A DNA stretch of 64,000 nucleotides, from positions 545,729-609,728 of the forward strand of contig CAVVXN010000002.1 in assembly GCA_963752285.1 (NCBI GenBank). The letters run 5' to 3'. The notes below the pieces were generated by a model. It was not told the origin of the DNA. It searched no databases and was given only the letters and a program-made list of their open reading frames with translations. Of the stretch, positions 1-10,815 are shown piece after piece. This DNA comes from an uncultured Planctomycetota bacterium (GTDB lineage: Bacteria > Planctomycetota > PLA2 > JAEUHO01). The translations under genes were made by a program, and so were the position numbers. Every line of letters starts with the position of its first letter. Position 1 is the stretch's first letter.

Positions 1-244
1 GCAGCGCGTCGCGATCGCGAGGGCCATGGCGATGGACCCGACGCTGCTCCTCTGCGACGAGCCCACCGGCGACCTCGACCGGCACAGCGCGGACACCGTG
101 CTCGACCTCCTCGGCCGGCTCTCCGCCGAGCAGGGAACGACCGTGGTCATGGTGACGCACGACCCGCTGGCGAGCGACCGCGCGGGGCGCGTTCTCCACC
201 TCGACAAGGGCGTCCTCGAAGAGATGCGAAGCGGATCGAGATGA
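1..244 (+). CDS. ABC transporter ATP-binding protein (LolD/MacB type), 5' end outside window
   Basis: QRVAIARA, Walker [13 protein letters not shown] and H-loop VVMVTHD; stop overlaps the next ATG. Confidence 0.9.
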   Translation, partial: QRVAIARAMAMDPTLLLCDEPTGDLDRHSADTVLDLLGRLSAEQGTTVVMVTHDPLASDRAGRVLHLDKGVLEEMRSGSR

Positions 245-1410
245 GCCTCCGGCGCCTCGCGCTGAAGCAGGCGTGGAGCCACCCGATCCGGGCGGTGCTC
301 ACGATCCTCGCGGTCACCGTCGCGATGTACCTCTTCTGCTTCCTGCGCTCCGTGCTGAGGAGCCTCGACGTGGCCGTCGAGGCGGCGGCCACGCGGCGCA
401 TCATCACGACCAGCGCCGTGAGCCTGTTCCAGGTGCTTCCGCGGACCTATCGCGACTCGATCGCCTCGATCGACGGCGTGGAGTCGGTCTCGCCGTTCAC
501 GTGGTTCGGCGGTCTCTACCGCGACGAGTCGGGCCGCTTCGCGCAGTTCGCCTCCGACCTGAGCCTCCTGCTGAAGCAGTACCCCGAGGTCGTGTTCCCG
601 GAGGCGCAGCGCGAGGCGCTCCTCCTGGACCCGCGCGGCGCGCTCGTCGGCAGCGACCTCGCCGCGCGGTACGACTGGCACGTCGGCGACCAGATCCCCA
701 TCATCGGGACGATCTACGCGCGGGTGGACGGCTCGGCCTGGAGCTTCACGATCCAAGGCATCTACCACTCGACGCGCGCGAACGTGGACGAGCAGACGAT
801 GTACTTCCACGCTTCCTATCTCCGGGAGACGTTGGACCAGGGCCTCTGCTACGGGCCGAAGGGCACGGGCGTGTTCCTCGTGAAGGTCGCGCCCGACGCG
901 ACCGGGGAGGAGGTCGCGGACCGCATCGACGCGTATTTCGAGGGGGGGCCGCAGCGTACCCGGACCCAGACGGAGGCCGCGTTCCAGGCCGACTTCGTGA
1001 ACATGCTCGGGAACCTGCCGACCTTCCTGGGCCTGATCGTGGGCGCGGTCCTCTTCGCGATCCTCTTCGGCGTCGTGAACACGATGACGATCGCCGCCCG
1101 GGAACGGACGCGTACCGTGGGCATCCTGAAGTCGCTGGGCTTCCCCGACGCGGTGCCGGCCCGCCTGTTCGCGTTCGAGTCCACGTTCCTGCTGGGGGTC
1201 GGTACGGTCCTCGGGATCGCGCTCGCCGTCGTGACGGAGGGGTACTGCCGACGGTGGTTCGGGTCGCAGATCCCCGGCTACCACGTGGCGCTCGAGGTGG
1301 ACGTGCAGGCGGCGGTGATCGGGATCACGATCGCGATCCTCGCCGCGCTCGTCCCCGCGCTCGCGGCCCGGCGCCTTCGCCCCGTCGAGGCGCTGCGACT
1401 CGAGGCGTGA
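241..1410 (+). CDS. ABC transporter permease (MacB/FtsX family)
   Basis: N-terminal TM, periplasmic domain, [14 protein letters not shown] motif and C-terminal [15 protein letters not shown]. Confidence 0.9.
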   Translation: MSLRRLALKQAWSHPIRAVLTILAVTVAMYLFCFLRSVLRSLDVAVEAAATRRIITTSAVSLFQVLPRTYRDSIASIDGVESVSPFTWFGGLYRDESGRFAQFASDLSLLLKQYPEVVFPEAQREALLLDPRGALVGSDLAARYDWHVGDQIPIIGTIYARVDGSAWSFTIQGIYHSTRANVDEQTMYFHASYLRETLDQGLCYGPKGTGVFLVKVAPDATGEEVADRIDAYFEGGPQRTRTQTEAAFQADFVNMLGNLPTFLGLIVGAVLFAILFGVVNTMTIAARERTRTVGILKSLGFPDAVPARLFAFESTFLLGVGTVLGIALAVVTEGYCRRWFGSQIPGYHVALEVDVQAAVIGITIAILAALVPALAARRLRPVEALRLEA

Positions 1411-1430
1411 GGGAGGGACCGAGCGAGAGC

Positions 1431-2615
1431 ATGCGCGTCCTGCCCCGCTTCCCCTGGTCGTACCCGTGGCGCAGCCTCCTCGTGCGCTGGCCCGCGTCGC
1501 TCTTCAGCGCCCTCGGCATCGCGATGACGGTGGCGGTCCTCTGCGGCGTGTTCGCGCTCCAGCGCGGGTTCACCGCCCTCTTCGCGACGACGGGACGCAC
1601 GGACGTCGCGATCTACCTCCGCCAGGGCGCGCAGAGCGAGGGCGAGAGCGGGGTGTCGCTCGAGCAGGTGCGGAAGATCGTGAACGAACGGCCCGAGGTG
1701 GCGCGCGACGCCGAGGGTCGTCCGCTGGCCGCTGGGGAGTCGTACCTCGCGCTCTTCCTGCCGCGGGTCGGTGGGGAGGGGAAGGAGGTGAACGTCCCGT
1801 TCCGGGGCGTAGAGGAGGCGTCCCTCCGGATCCACGGCGACGAGATCCGGATCGTCGAGGGTCGGAAGCTCACGTTCGGAACCGACGAGGTGATCGTCGG
1901 CCGTCCCATCTCGGAGCGCTTCGAGGGATGCCGGGTGGGCGACGTCGTGCGAGTCAACGTGACGCCGTTCAAGGTCGTGGGGATCTTCGAGGGCTCGGGC
2001 GCGTACGCCTCCGAGATCTGGAGCGATGTGGATCGCATGAGTGCGGCGCTCGACCGTCCGCTTCGCCAGCGTGTGATCGCGAAGCTGGCGCCGGGGTGGA
2101 CCGCCGAGAAGGTGCAGGAGGACCTCGAAGGCGACAAGGAGATCCCCATGAAGGTCATGTCCGAGCGCGCGTACTACGCCCAGCAGACGTCCGTGCTCGG
2201 CGGCGTGCTCACCGGTCTCGGCTTCTTCCTGAGCAGCGTGCTCGGGATCGCCGCGGTCCTCGGCGCCGCGAACACGATGCTGGCCGCCGTGGGCGCGCGC
2301 ACGCGCGAGGTGGGGATGCTCCGGGCGATGGGGTTCCCGCGCGCGTCGATCCTCGTTTCGTTCCTGTTGGAGGCGGGCGCGATCGGCCTCGTGGGCGGCG
2401 TCCTCGGCGGCTTGATCGTGCTGCCGCTGAACGGCGTCGAGACGGGCACGATGAACTGGAACACGTTCACCGAGGTCTCGTTCGCGTTCCGCGTGGATCC
2501 CTCGCTGCTGCGCCTCGCGGTCGGGATCGCCGTGCTGCTGGGCGTGCTGGGCGGCGTCGTGCCCGCGTGGCGGGCGAGCCGACTTCGTCCGATCCAGGCG
2601 CTGAGGCGCGGGTAG
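1431..2615 (+). CDS. ABC transporter permease (MacB/FtsX family), second subunit
   Basis: ATG at 1431; RTREVGMLRAMGF and PAWRASRLRPIQALR motifs. Confidence 0.9.
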   Translation: MRVLPRFPWSYPWRSLLVRWPASLFSALGIAMTVAVLCGVFALQRGFTALFATTGRTDVAIYLRQGAQSEGESGVSLEQVRKIVNERPEVARDAEGRPLAAGESYLALFLPRVGGEGKEVNVPFRGVEEASLRIHGDEIRIVEGRKLTFGTDEVIVGRPISERFEGCRVGDVVRVNVTPFKVVGIFEGSGAYASEIWSDVDRMSAALDRPLRQRVIAKLAPGWTAEKVQEDLEGDKEIPMKVMSERAYYAQQTSVLGGVLTGLGFFLSSVLGIAAVLGAANTMLAAVGARTREVGMLRAMGFPRASILVSFLLEAGAIGLVGGVLGGLIVLPLNGVETGTMNWNTFTEVSFAFRVDPSLLRLAVGIAVLLGVLGGVVPAWRASRLRPIQALRRG

Positions 2616-2616
2616 G

Positions 2617-5526
2617 GTGGGCCGCATCGGACTCCTGGCGGCGCTAGCATCCGGCGACTCGGCGGCCCGCCGTCTCGTGGCCGCCTCGCTCCTGCCCGTG
2701 GAGCCCGGGAACGTCGTCGTCCGTCCGTGGGGCGGCCACCGGCTCGGCGCGGGTCCTTCGGGCGAGCCGGTCGGCGAGGTCTTCGAGGTCTGCGGCGACC
2801 GTCGTGACGACGAGGCAGCGCTGCATCCGAGCCACGTCCGGCTGCCCGGAGGCGAGACGATCTCGCTCCCCGACCTCCTCGACCTGGCCGGCCCCGACGT
2901 GATGGGCGAGGCGCTCCACCACGAACACGGCCCGAACCTCCCTCTCCTCCCGAAGACGCTCGACGTCCGGAACATGCTCTCGGTCCAGACGCACCCGCCG
3001 GGGCACCCCGAGGTGTACATCGTGCTCGAGGCCGAGCCCGGTGCGACGATCGGTCTCGGCTTCGCGAAGGACGTGGACCGGGAGGAGCTCTCGCGGCGCT
3101 TCGTCGAGGCGCGCGCGGCGCAGGAGGCGATCCTCCGTCTCCTCCGGCCCGAGGCCGACGCGCACGTGCTCGGGCTCGCCTTCGGACCCGCGCTGGCGCG
3201 CCGCGCGACGGCCGACGAGACCGTCGCGCGCCTGGCCCCGCTCGTGCGCCCCGGGGGACCGGTCGTGGACCTCGCGTCGCGCATCCGGACGATCTTCGAG
3301 GCGGAGGCGCTCGCGCTGGGCGTGCTCGGTCGCGTGCCGGTCGCCGCGGGCGACGTCCTGTGGAACGCGACGCTCCCGGAGTCGGGACGCGCGCCGTCGG
3401 CCGAGGTACACGCGCTCGGGGACCCCGAGGGGAACGAGGTCGTGCTGCTCGAGATCCGGCGTCCCGGCCCGACGTACCGCGCGTGGGACCACGCGCGCTT
3501 CCCGCTCCGCGCGCTCGACGTCGAGCGCGCGCTCGGCGCGGCGAGCCCGCGCGCGCGCGCCGCCGACTCGTTTCGCGTCGTGCCCCGGCCCGTCGAAGGA
3601 CGCCCCGGGGCGTACGCGTCGATCGCGTCCGAGGCGTTCGTCGTGGAGCACCTCCGGCCGCGGCCGGGGGCCCCCGTGGACGTGCCGGCGACGCCGACCG
3701 TCGAGACCGTCCACGCGACGCGCGGCGGGGTGCGCATCGAGACGGCGGACGGCCGGGATCTCGGCCGCCTCGAGGCGGGCCGCTCGGCCCTCGTCCCCGC
3801 GGGCGTCGGCGCGTGGCGCGCGTTTCACGACGCCTCCGAAGCGGGCCCGTGCGAGGTCGTGCGCGCCTGGGTCCCCACCACGCCCTCGGCGTCGCTCCTC
3901 GGTCGGCTCGCGAACCTCGACGACCTGAGGGCGACGGTCGCGCGATCCGAGGGGCCCCGCGAGGTCGTCGCGATCGTGAACGGCGGGGACGGCGAGATCG
4001 TGCGCGCGGACCTCGAAGGGAGGCGCCGCTCCCTCTTCCGCGACGACGGCGAGACGCGCGTCTTCGCGCACGAGGAGGTCGCGCGCCGTGGTCAGTGGCT
4101 CGGCCTCCTCGACGCGCTCCGCCACCGCGAGGAAGCGCTCGGCCCGCTCGACGAGGACGCCGTCCAGGTCGGGATCATGCTGCCCGGCCAGGGCACGCGC
4201 CTCGCACCGCTGACCCAGCGCCTCTACGGCATCAAGCCCGACCTGCCGCTGCTCGTGCGCGCGGGGCGCGCGGGCGAGCGGTTCCTCTCGGCGGCCGCAG
4301 CGTCGATCTTCACGTGGACGCTCGTGTCGCGTCACCTCGAGCGACTCGGGTTCCGCGGGGTCCTCTGGAAGTGGGGCGACGAGCCGCAGGTCCCCGCGCG
4401 CGTGCTCGCGGACCTCGCGCAGGACCTCGCGGACGCGGACGCGGTCCGCTTCGGCGCCGCGGCCGAGGTCACCGAAGACCTCGCGCGGAACAAGGACTGG
4501 CTGGTCGTGGAACGGGACACGGGTCGGCTCGTGCGCCCGCTCCGCCGCCGATCGCGCGCGGACCTCCTCGCCGCGCTCTCGTCCGCGAACGAAGGACGCG
4601 CGGTCCAGGCCCTCGTGCACGTCGGGAGCCCGGGTTTCTCGCACGCGTTGCTCGCCGCGGCTCGCGAGGCCTTCGAGGACGTCGAGGGCTGGATCGACGT
4701 GGACGGCTGGCTCTTCGAGGCCCTGACCCTGGACGACGCCGCGTGGGCGGCGGAGCGCGAGCGGGACGCGGGCCTTCGCGCCCTCCTCGCGGAGCACCCC
4801 GACTTCCGCGCGCGCGTGTCGCGTCTCGCCGAGGGCGTGACGCGCCGGCGCGGGCGTCCGCCGGTGGTCCGCGTCGTGGACCTCGACGCGGGACTCTGGT
4901 GGGGGGACGTCGGCCAGCTCTCGCGCGCCCGGGAGACGCTCCTCGAGGTGGCGTGCGACGGCGAGGTCGGACGGTTCGCGCGTCGCCTCGCCTCGATCGA
5001 CCACGTCGTACCCGACCGCTTCGGCAACCGGCTCGTCGGCGACGCGCACGTGCCCGGCGACGGGTCGGTCCGCGCGAGCGTGGTGATCGACGCGCGCGTG
5101 GACGGGCCCGCCGAGATCCGGGGCGCGGTGCTCGTCGGCTCCGACCTCGGCCGCGCGCGGATCGGCCGCGGGTCGGTCGTCGTCGGGACGACGGTGCTCG
5201 ACCTCGAGACGGGCGACGACGCCCTCGTCTTCCGCGCGGTCGCGGAGCGGGCGGTCGTGCCCGCGGGCGGCGTGCTCACGCACGTTCCCACCGACCCGGC
5301 CGACCTCGCGCGAGGCCTCGACGCGTGGCGCGCCGACCAGCGGACCGACCTCGGCGCGGCCGAGGTGCAGCGTCGGCCCGCGTTCGGGAACCCCGCGTCG
5401 TTCGGCGAGAAGCTCCTGGAGATGCGACGGCGCGACGTGGACCCGCTCGAAGTAGAGCGGGCGATCGACGAGCGCTTTGCGGCCCCGCTCCGCGCACGGC
5501 TCGGTCGCGCGGTGGGACGAGACTGA
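2617..5526 (+). CDS. Fusion of type I phosphomannose isomerase-like cupin and sugar-phosphate nucleotidyltransferase-like domain
   Basis: N-terminal RPWGG, KTLD..LSVQTHP, HALG, LEI..TYRAWD; C-terminal PGQGTRLAPLT and a V/I/G-rich beta-helix-like tail. Confidence 0.65.
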   Translation: MGRIGLLAALASGDSAARRLVAASLLPVEPGNVVVRPWGGHRLGAGPSGEPVGEVFEVCGDRRDDEAALHPSHVRLPGGETISLPDLLDLAGPDVMGEALHHEHGPNLPLLPKTLDVRNMLSVQTHPPGHPEVYIVLEAEPGATIGLGFAKDVDREELSRRFVEARAAQEAILRLLRPEADAHVLGLAFGPALARRATADETVARLAPLVRPGGPVVDLASRIRTIFEAEALALGVLGRVPVAAGDVLWNATLPESGRAPSAEVHALGDPEGNEVVLLEIRRPGPTYRAWDHARFPLRALDVERALGAASPRARAADSFRVVPRPVEGRPGAYASIASEAFVVEHLRPRPGAPVDVPATPTVETVHATRGGVRIETADGRDLGRLEAGRSALVPAGVGAWRAFHDASEAGPCEVVRAWVPTTPSASLLGRLANLDDLRATVARSEGPREVVAIVNGGDGEIVRADLEGRRRSLFRDDGETRVFAHEEVARRGQWLGLLDALRHREEALGPLDEDAVQVGIMLPGQGTRLAPLTQRLYGIKPDLPLLVRAGRAGERFLSAAAASIFTWTLVSRHLERLGFRGVLWKWGDEPQVPARVLADLAQDLADADAVRFGAAAEVTEDLARNKDWLVVERDTGRLVRPLRRRSRADLLAALSSANEGRAVQALVHVGSPGFSHALLAAAREAFEDVEGWIDVDGWLFEALTLDDAAWAAERERDAGLRALLAEHPDFRARVSRLAEGVTRRRGRPPVVRVVDLDAGLWWGDVGQLSRARETLLEVACDGEVGRFARRLASIDHVVPDRFGNRLVGDAHVPGDGSVRASVVIDARVDGPAEIRGAVLVGSDLGRARIGRGSVVVGTTVLDLETGDDALVFRAVAERAVVPAGGVLTHVPTDPADLARGLDAWRADQRTDLGAAEVQRRPAFGNPASFGEKLLEMRRRDVDPLEVERAIDERFAAPLRARLGRAVGRD

Positions 5527-5530
5527 CGGC

Positions 5531-6754
5531 GTGGACGCCCGGCTCGTCCTCGTCTGCGCCCGAGACCCTCGCCGGGGTCGGGCGCGGGCCGACGCGTACG
5601 TGCGCGCGCACGCGCGCGCCGCGGCAGCGCTGGACCTCGAGCCGCGGCTCGTCTGCGGGGGAGAGGACGAGGGACGCGCCGCGAGCCCGTCCGGGGTGGT
5701 GCGTCGGGTCCGGACCGGAGGCGCCGGCGGGGCGCTCGGCGTGCCGTTCGTCGTCGAGGCGCTGGCGGCCGCCGCGCTCGAGGAGGCGGAGGGCGCCGGC
5801 GCGGTGCTCTTCCACGGGTTCGGCCTCGGCGCGCACGCGGCGGTCGCCGCCGCCTCCCGCCTCGCGCGGCGTGGCGTCGAGGCGTACGGCGTCGCGAGCC
5901 TCGTCCCCACGGTCGAGGCCGGCACGGGGCCGGGCGCCTCGGCGTGGCTCGGCCGCCTCGGGGGCGCGTGGACGGCCGCGGCGGGGCTCGCCGCCGAGCG
6001 GAGCACGTGCCGGCGGGCCGACGCCGTGCTCGTCCACCACGAGGCGCACGGCGCGGCGCTCCTCCGGCGACACGGACGCGCGGTCCGGGTCCGGGTGGTC
6101 CCGTTCGCACCCGAGCACGCGTTCGACCGCGCGGCGCGCGAAGGCCTTCCGCGGTCGCGCGTGCTTTGCGGCGCGCCGATCGTGGTCGCGGCGGCGCGGC
6201 ACGTCCGGCCGCGCGGGATGGACCTCCTGCTCCGCGCGCTCGCGCGCCTCGAGAGGGACGGTGTGCGGTTCCGCGCGTACGTCCTCGGCGGCGGACCGTG
6301 CTACGAGGCGAACCGGCGGCTCGCGCGCGGGCTCGGGCTCGAGGGACGCGTCGCGCTCCTGGGCGACGGGCCGGAGGTCGAGCCGTACCTCGCGCGTGCC
6401 GACGTGTTCGTATGGCCGGCGCGCGAGGACCCCGGGGGCCCGGGCGCCGTGTTCGACGCGATCGCGGCCGGCGTGCCCGTGCTCGCGACGCGGGTGGGGG
6501 GGCTCGCCGAGGACCTCGTCCACGGGATCAGCGCCTGGCTCGTGCCGCCGGGGAGCGCCGACGCGCTGGCCGACGGCCTCGTCCACCTCCTCGGGGACCC
6601 GGCGCTTCGTGCGCGCCTCGCCGCCGGCGCGCGGGCGCGCGAGGCGACGCGCTTCTCGGCCGACCGGTTCGTGGCGGGGCTCGCCGCCGCGTACGCCGAG
6701 GCGGGGTTCGTGTGGACCGGCGTCGTCGCCGCCCCGGAGGGACGCGTACCCTGA
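5531..6754 (+). CDS. Glycosyltransferase family 4 (GT-B)
   Basis: YLARADVFVWP..AIAAGVPVLATRVGG..LVPPGSADALADGL. Confidence 0.85.
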   Translation: MDARLVLVCARDPRRGRARADAYVRAHARAAAALDLEPRLVCGGEDEGRAASPSGVVRRVRTGGAGGALGVPFVVEALAAAALEEAEGAGAVLFHGFGLGAHAAVAAASRLARRGVEAYGVASLVPTVEAGTGPGASAWLGRLGGAWTAAAGLAAERSTCRRADAVLVHHEAHGAALLRRHGRAVRVRVVPFAPEHAFDRAAREGLPRSRVLCGAPIVVAAARHVRPRGMDLLLRALARLERDGVRFRAYVLGGGPCYEANRRLARGLGLEGRVALLGDGPEVEPYLARADVFVWPAREDPGGPGAVFDAIAAGVPVLATRVGGLAEDLVHGISAWLVPPGSADALADGLVHLLGDPALRARLAAGARAREATRFSADRFVAGLAAAYAEAGFVWTGVVAAPEGRVP

Positions 6755-6758
6755 CCGC

Positions 6759-7526
6759 GTGTTGCGGAAGAGGACCCTCGGCCTCGCGTTCGTCGTCGTC
6801 ATGTCCGTCGCGTGCTCCCGCCGCGACGAGCCGGCGCGGTCCGCGCTGGGTGGCGCGCTGGGTGGCGCGCCGGATGCGAGCGACCTCGCGACGTCCGGTC
6901 GGCAGCTCGCTCCTCCGGAGCCGCCCGACGCGAAGCCCGAGGCGGGTCCCCGATCTCCTTCCCCCCCGGAGACACCCATGGCGACCGCCACGTTCGGCTG
7001 CGGATGCTTCTGGTGCGCCGAGGCGATCTTCGATCGCGTGGAGGGCGTGACCTCGGTCCGGTCGGGGTTCTCGGGCGGTCGCGGGAAGGACCCGAGCTAC
7101 GAGCTCGTCTGCACCGGGACGACCGGCCACGCCGAGGTGGTCCAGGTCGAGTACGACCCCGCCAAGGTGAGCTACGCGGAGCTCCTCCGCGTGTTCTTCG
7201 GGACCCACGACCCGACGACGAAGAACCGGCAGGGGCACGACGTCGGCTCGCAGTACCGCTCGATCATCCTGACGCACGACGACGAGCAGCGGCGCGTAGC
7301 CGAGGACGTGAAGGCGAAGCTGGACGCGTCGGGCGTGTACCCGAACCCGATCGTGACCGAGATCGTCCCCTTCGAGGCGTTCTACCCCGCGGACGCGCAC
7401 CATCAGGACTACTTCGCGCAGAACCCCGGGCAGGGCTACTGCCAGGCCGTGATCCGTCCGAAGGTCGAGAAGTTCGAGCAGGCGTTCCAGTCGATCCTGA
7501 AGGGCCAGGCGAAGCCCGCGCGCTGA
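6759..7526 (+). CDS. msrA: Peptide-methionine (S)-S-oxide reductase, possibly with signal peptide
   Basis: GCFWC, GTTGHAEVVQV, HDPTT.NRQGHDVGSQYRS, HQDYF; alternative ATG at 6978. Confidence 0.93.
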   Translation: MLRKRTLGLAFVVVMSVACSRRDEPARSALGGALGGAPDASDLATSGRQLAPPEPPDAKPEAGPRSPSPPETPMATATFGCGCFWCAEAIFDRVEGVTSVRSGFSGGRGKDPSYELVCTGTTGHAEVVQVEYDPAKVSYAELLRVFFGTHDPTTKNRQGHDVGSQYRSIILTHDDEQRRVAEDVKAKLDASGVYPNPIVTEIVPFEAFYPADAHHQDYFAQNPGQGYCQAVIRPKVEKFEQAFQSILKGQAKPAR

Positions 7527-7537
7527 CCGTCGGGCCG

Positions 7538-9085
7538 CTAGGCCCGGCTCGGACGAAACGCGGCGAGGCAGCGGTCGATCCGGTGGAGCGCGCGCTCCCG
7601 GCCGAGGATCGAGAGGGTGTCGCCGATGCCGGGGCTCACGGCGGCGCCCGTCACGGCCACGCGAAGCGGCTGCGCGACGGGTCCCATGCCGACGCCGAGC
7701 TCGGCCGCGACCCCCTCGACGACCGCCTCGACGGCCTCCGCGCGGAAGTCGTCGCTGGTGGCGAGGGCGTCCCGGGCGCGCGCGAGAGCCGCGAGCCCCG
7801 CGCCGTCGTCCTTGAGGAGCCACTTCTTCGCGGCTTTGTCGTCGTAGCGGATGGCTTCGTCGGGGTCCACGAAGAACCGTGCGAGACGGCAGGGTTCGTC
7901 GAGCGTGCGGCTGCGCGGCTGGTAGGTCGCCGCGAGCCGTCCGAAGTCGTCCTCGCCGAGCGCTTGGAGATACCGCGGCGCGTAGGCCGCGCAGTGGGAT
8001 CGCCACCGATCGAGAAACACCGACGGCTCCAGCGCCGTGAGGTCGTCGGCGCTGAAGCGAAACAGCTTGTCGCGGTCGAACCGGGAGTTCGCCCGTCCGC
8101 AGCGCGCGAAGTCGAACCGCTCCACGAGGAAGGCCCGGTCGAAGCGCTCGACGCCGTCGCCCGGGCTCCAGCCGAGGAGCGAGAGGTAGTTCACGAGCGT
8201 CTCGGGGAGATAGCCGCTGCGCCGGAAGTCGGCGACCTCGATCTCGGGCAGCGCGACGTCGAGGAGCCGTGCGAGGGCCAGGGCGACGCGCGCGTCGTCG
8301 CTCTCCTTGGCCAGGAAGGCCCGGACGGACGCCTCGTCGAGCGCGCCCGCAGCGCCCGCGAGGTCCGCGGGCGAGCGGCCGTCCCGGAGCGCCGCGGCGC
8401 GCGCGGTCTTCGCCTTGTCGCGCTTCGACATCTTCGAGCCGTCGGGGTTCAGGATCGTCGGCAGGTGCGCGTAGCGCGGGCGCGCGTAGCCGAGCGCCTC
8501 CTGGAGCGCGACGTGCTTGGGCGTGTTGTAGAGGTGCTCCTGTCCGCGCAGGACGTGCGTGACGTCCATCGCCGCGTCGTCCACGACCACGCCCATGTGA
8601 TACGTGGGGTAGCCGTCGGACTTGAGGACCACGAAGTCCTCGAGCTCGCTGCCCTTGACCTCGATGTGCCCGTACACCTCGTCGTCGAACGAGACGTCCT
8701 TGCCCATGCGGAAGCGGACCGCGCCCTGGTCCTCGTACGCGTGGCCCGCCGAGAGGAGCCGATCGACCTCCGCGCGGTACGTGGGAAGGCGCTGGCTCTG
8801 GAAGTAGGGCCCGTGCGCGCCCATCTGCCCCGAGGTCTCGTACGGGTCGGCCGCCTCGGGGTCGGGGCCCTCCTCCCAGTCGAGCCCGACCCACCTCAAG
8901 TCCTGGAGGATGTCCCGCGCGCTCTCTTCGGACGAGCGGCTCCGATCGGTGTCCTCCATGCGCACGATGAAGCGTCCGCCGTGGCCGCGCGCGTACGCCC
9001 ACGAGAGGAGGGCCGTTCGGACGCCGCCCACGTGGAGGGCGCCCGTCGGGCTGGGGGCGAAGCGCGTGACGACGTCCGGGCTCAT
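7538..9085 (-). CDS. gltX: Glutamate--tRNA ligase
   Basis: TRFAPSPTG.LHVGG, RMEDTD, THVLRGQEH, KMSKR, PLRVAVTG..SPG. Confidence 0.95.
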   Translation of the reverse strand: MSPDVVTRFAPSPTGALHVGGVRTALLSWAYARGHGGRFIVRMEDTDRSRSSEESARDILQDLRWVGLDWEEGPDPEAADPYETSGQMGAHGPYFQSQRLPTYRAEVDRLLSAGHAYEDQGAVRFRMGKDVSFDDEVYGHIEVKGSELEDFVVLKSDGYPTYHMGVVVDDAAMDVTHVLRGQEHLYNTPKHVALQEALGYARPRYAHLPTILNPDGSKMSKRDKAKTARAAALRDGRSPADLAGAAGALDEASVRAFLAKESDDARVALALARLLDVALPEIEVADFRRSGYLPETLVNYLSLLGWSPGDGVERFDRAFLVERFDFARCGRANSRFDRDKLFRFSADDLTALEPSVFLDRWRSHCAAYAPRYLQALGEDDFGRLAATYQPRSRTLDEPCRLARFFVDPDEAIRYDDKAAKKWLLKDDGAGLAALARARDALATSDDFRAEAVEAVVEGVAAELGVGMGPVAQPLRVAVTGAAVSPGIGDTLSILGRERALHRIDRCLAAFRPSRA

Positions 9086-9201
9086 GGGGCGGGATTCTAC
9101 GGTTGCGGCCGGGCGCCTTGTCCGACGGTCGGACCCCGTCCGTCCGGCGGCACGCCGCCTCCGACCGTATCCTCGGCGCGCGGCACGGGAGGTCCGGATC
9201 G

Positions 9202-10785
9202 GTGGACGCCAAGACGTCGGCGAGAGCAACGGGACGGCTCGTGGGCCTCTTCGCGGTCCTGCTGCTCCTCGCAGGCTGCGGGGGCGAGCCGGCGGGGGCC
9301 GACACCCGCATCGCGGGCCGGAGCGGGACGGACTGGATCCGGATCCTTTGCTCGAACGACGCCGCGGCCGAGCGGGACGCGGAGCGGGAGCTCGCGAACG
9401 CCGGCCCGTCCGGCGTGGCCGTCCTCGTGGACGCGCTCCACGATCCCGGGGCGCGCTGGGCGGCCGGGAAGGGCCTCGCCCTGCTGGGCGCCCGCGCGGT
9501 GCCCGTGCTCCAGCCGATCCTGGAACGGGACCCGGACGTAGACGCCCGGGTGGCGGCGGTCGCCGTCCTCGTGGACCTCGGCGCGCCGGGTTCGAGCCTC
9601 CTGGCCTCGGCGCTCGCGGACGAGGCCCCGCGCGTGCGCGCCGCGGCGGCGGAGGGGCTCGCGAAACGAGGGGACGAGGCGGGGTTCGCGGCGGCCGCGC
9701 TCGTTCGAGCGCTGGTGGACGACGGCCTCGGGGTCGCCGACGCCGCGCGCCGCGCACTTCGCGCCCTGCCCGCCCCCGAGGTGGTGACGGCGCTCGGCGA
9801 GGCGACGCGATCGAAGGACCCGGCCCTCCAAGGCGCCGCCGCCGTGGCGCTCGGGCGCCTCGACGCGCGCACGATCAGCGCCGACCTTCGCGACCGCGCC
9901 GTCGCGGACCTCCGCGCGCTGGTCGCGGGCGCGGACGCCGACGTCGGGCTTCGCGCGGCGCTCGCGTTGCGGGCCCTCGCGCCGGACACCGACGTCACGG
10001 ACGCGCTCCGGCGTGCGCTCCGTTCGGGAACGGTCGAGAGTCGCCGCGCCGCGATCGCCGCGGTGCGCGATCTCGATCTCGGCGAAGGAGGACTGCCGCT
10101 CGCGTCCGAGGGCCTGGCCGAAGCGGACGCGCTCGTCCGGCGCGGGTCCGTCCGCGTCCTCGGCGCGGGCGGACCCGCGGCGGCGCCCTACGTCGCGGCC
10201 CTGGCCGAGCGGCTCGGCGACGCCGACGACGGGGTCCGGACCGCGGCGGCGACCTCGCTCGGCGCGATCGGCGCGAAGGCGGATCTCGTCGTACCCGCGC
10301 TCGAGAACGCGCTGGCCGACGCCTCGCCCGACGTGCGGGTGTCGGCCGCGTCGGCGCTCGGGGCGTACGGACCCGAGGCGTCGTCGGCCGTGGCCCGACT
10401 CGTGGCCGCGGTCACGGCGGTGCCGCACCGGCCCGAGCACGAGGACGTGATGGCGCTCCGCCGGCGCGTCACGGCCCTCGTGGTGTACGTGACCGCGCTC
10501 GGCCGGATCGCCAAGGACGACGCCGGCGTGGTGCGCGTCCTCACGGAGCTCGTCGGGGACGACGCCCGCCACCCCGACGCCCGCACCGCCGCGGCGAACG
10601 CCCTCGCGAAGATGGGCGAGGCGGCCCACTCGAGCTTCGACGCGCTCCTCCAGGCGAGCTGGTCGGAGAACGACGCGTTGCGCTCCGCCGCCTCGGCGGC
10701 GTGTCTCGTCGTGGACCCGGATCGCGCGAAGGAGTCGGCCCGCATGATCGGGCGCCGTCTGCCCGCGGCTCGGCTGCCCCGATAG
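9202..10785 (+). CDS. HEAT-repeat lipoprotein
   Basis: Lipobox LAGC; repeated L.D....VR.AAA..LG; GGAGG upstream of GTG 9202 (start inferred). Confidence 0.8.
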   Translation: MDAKTSARATGRLVGLFAVLLLLAGCGGEPAGADTRIAGRSGTDWIRILCSNDAAAERDAERELANAGPSGVAVLVDALHDPGARWAAGKGLALLGARAVPVLQPILERDPDVDARVAAVAVLVDLGAPGSSLLASALADEAPRVRAAAAEGLAKRGDEAGFAAAALVRALVDDGLGVADAARRALRALPAPEVVTALGEATRSKDPALQGAAAVALGRLDARTISADLRDRAVADLRALVAGADADVGLRAALALRALAPDTDVTDALRRALRSGTVESRRAAIAAVRDLDLGEGGLPLASEGLAEADALVRRGSVRVLGAGGPAAAPYVAALAERLGDADDGVRTAAATSLGAIGAKADLVVPALENALADASPDVRVSAASALGAYGPEASSAVARLVAAVTAVPHRPEHEDVMALRRRVTALVVYVTALGRIAKDDAGVVRVLTELVGDDARHPDARTAAANALAKMGEAAHSSFDALLQASWSENDALRSAASAACLVVDPDRAKESARMIGRRLPAARLPR

Positions 10786-10815
10786 CGCGCGGCGGGCCTG
10801 CGTTCGCGCCCGCCC

